In this document: piece by piece, positions 62,399 through 64,000 of the stretch
Numbering within the stretch: the first letter of the stretch is position 1
Layout of the letters: each line of letters starts with the position of its first letter
Assembly: GCA_964016885.1 (NCBI GenBank)
Contig: OZ024749.1
Span: 55,676,001 to 55,740,000, forward strand
DNA from: Eledone cirrhosa
Taxonomy: Eukaryota
DNA: 64,000 nt
Reading direction: 5' to 3'
Translations under genes and position numbers: made by a program
Notes under the pieces: generated by a model
Told to the model about the DNA's origin: nothing
Database searches by the model: none
Seen by the model: only the letters and a program-made list of their open reading frames with translations

Positions 62399-62554
62399 AT
62401 ATTGTTATACTTTGGGAGGGTCATGTTGCCAATAAGAAACACACGCACCAGTGCGTGTGTTTCTTATTGGCAACATGACCCTCCCAAAGTATAACAATAT
62501 CGGTTTCAACACACGATTTCAGATAAAGAATCTTGCTAAACAAATTCAGAAACG

Positions 62555-62556
<2 letters not shown>
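62399..62556. repeat. perfect palindrome (50-bp arms, 2-nt loop) plus unpaired tail
   Basis: 62399-62448 is the exact reverse complement of 62451-62500; tail to ~62556. Confidence 0.95.
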
Positions 62557-62597
<41 letters not shown>

Positions 62598-62599
<2 letters not shown>

Positions 62600-62828
62600 T
62601 AACAAAGGAATTGTGATAAGGAACAAAATGGACCATAACGCACCAGAGTACTCAATACTTAGGGTAGTAGAGTGGGAAATAGGAAAAAGTATGACCCCGA
62701 CGGCAGAGCTCAAGCCGTTTCGACGGCTATTTCTGGACTCATCTATTAATTTCTGGACTTTATTAATTGTCCAGAAATAGCCGTCGAAACGGCCTGAGCT
62801 CTGCCATCGTGGTCATACTTTTTCCTAT
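62598..62828 (-). mobile_element. mini-element family P with 60-bp inverted duplication of the HHR 3' half
   Basis: 62598-62738 matches 56978-57115; arms 62679-62738 and 62769-62828 with 3 mismatches. Confidence 0.9.
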
Positions 62829-63147
62829 ATATATATATATATATAAACACTACAGAGTAACACAGTCTCTTGATTTCAGGTTTTCTGTAGCAAATTTAAA
62901 TATTAAGATGAAAGTACCGCTGTTGTTCTGGTGGTAGTGGTGGCGGTAGTGGGGGTGGTGGTGGCGGTAGTGGGGGTGGGGTGGTGGAGATTGTAGAGTT
63001 GCTGTTACTGTGGTGGTGGTGGTGGTGGTCGGTTGCGTTGCTGTTAAGCTGGGGATGTTTGTGTTGTTGTTGGTGTTGATTCTGGTACAAATGTATTTGA
63101 GGCTTTTAGTGTGATATTTGTCATTTTTCTTAGTGATGATGATGGTG

Positions 63148-63179
<32 letters not shown>

Positions 63180-63311
63180 GATGATCTTGTAGTTATTGCA
63201 GACTATGACGTTGACGACATGAAATACCATATCTTCCAGATGGGTTTCAATATACAATGCTCGTCTGTGAGACATTACTATATATATATACACATACATA
63301 CATACATACAT

Positions 63312-63379
<68 letters not shown>

Positions 63380-63729
63380 TATTTCTGTATTGTTACCAAG
63401 TCTATATATATGATCCTGTGTGGGCTAATCTACAACACATGCGTTTTTTTTTTTGCTGTGCTTCATCTATTAATTGAAACTTTAAAGATATTGTTAGTAC
63501 TTTACTTATGTGATATTCTACCCTGTGTGTATTTAGCATTCATAGCGCTAGGAATGGTATGAGGAGAGGAAAGTTATGATTTTTAATGAAGTACAAGACC
63601 TAAAGGTAATTGAAAGAATTCTGAATGAAAATATACTTATTATAGACCACAACACTACGAGAGATCTAGACAGCAGAAGGTCTTCGGAGAATAATCACCT
63701 CTCAACCATTTCGGCTCTTAACAAAAATG

Positions 63730-63840
63730 GTTTCTTATATAAGCAAAATGCCAGTAATTTTGGGGGGAGGGAAAGTCGATTAAATCGACCCCAGTGCGTG
63801 ACTGGTACTTTATTTTATCAATCCCGTAATCATGAAAAGC
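63730..63840 (-). mobile_element. SINE family A, long-form 3' part
   Basis: GGGGAGGGAAAGTCGATTAAATCGACCCCAGTGCGTGACTGGTACTTTATTTTATC. Confidence 0.88.
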
Positions 63841-64000
63841 TCCTAACAAAAATGGAATCAAACTTAAACCAGAAAACGGACTCAGAGATGAACCAAGTGA
63901 TCATAACTCTGGGATATACAAATCAAGCTAAATGTTTCTCTGTCAACAGAAGATAATGTACCTCTAAAGCAAATGATGAAATTATTCAAATATAAAGATC

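Overview
AT-rich, repeat-saturated eukaryotic (animal) non-coding DNA. I found no credible protein-coding exon: the long ORFs in the track are translated microsatellites, and only a few short ORFs are retrotransposon debris. The dispersed repeats resemble octopod-cephalopod SINEs as I recall them, so the taxon is an unverified inference. Contents: (i) about 20 copies or fragments of one tRNA-headed SINE, in long and internally deleted forms, plus other SINE families; (ii) five degraded fragments from the C-terminal end of RTE-clade LINEs; (iii) a TTAA-flanked piggyBac-type MITE; (iv) very large compound (TA)n satellites, pure (GT)n tracts and several minisatellites. The most interesting signal is a set of short unique 'islands', mostly embedded in (TA)n tracts. 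At least six carry type-I hammerhead ribozyme (HHR) motifs from unrelated families, one with a compensated U3-A8 core, and many others are fold-back inverted repeats, several with an unpaired tail. This fits (TA)n-targeted Penelope-like element (PLE) ends or non-autonomous ribozyme-bearing mini-retroelements. All structures were folded by eye; none was computed or searched.
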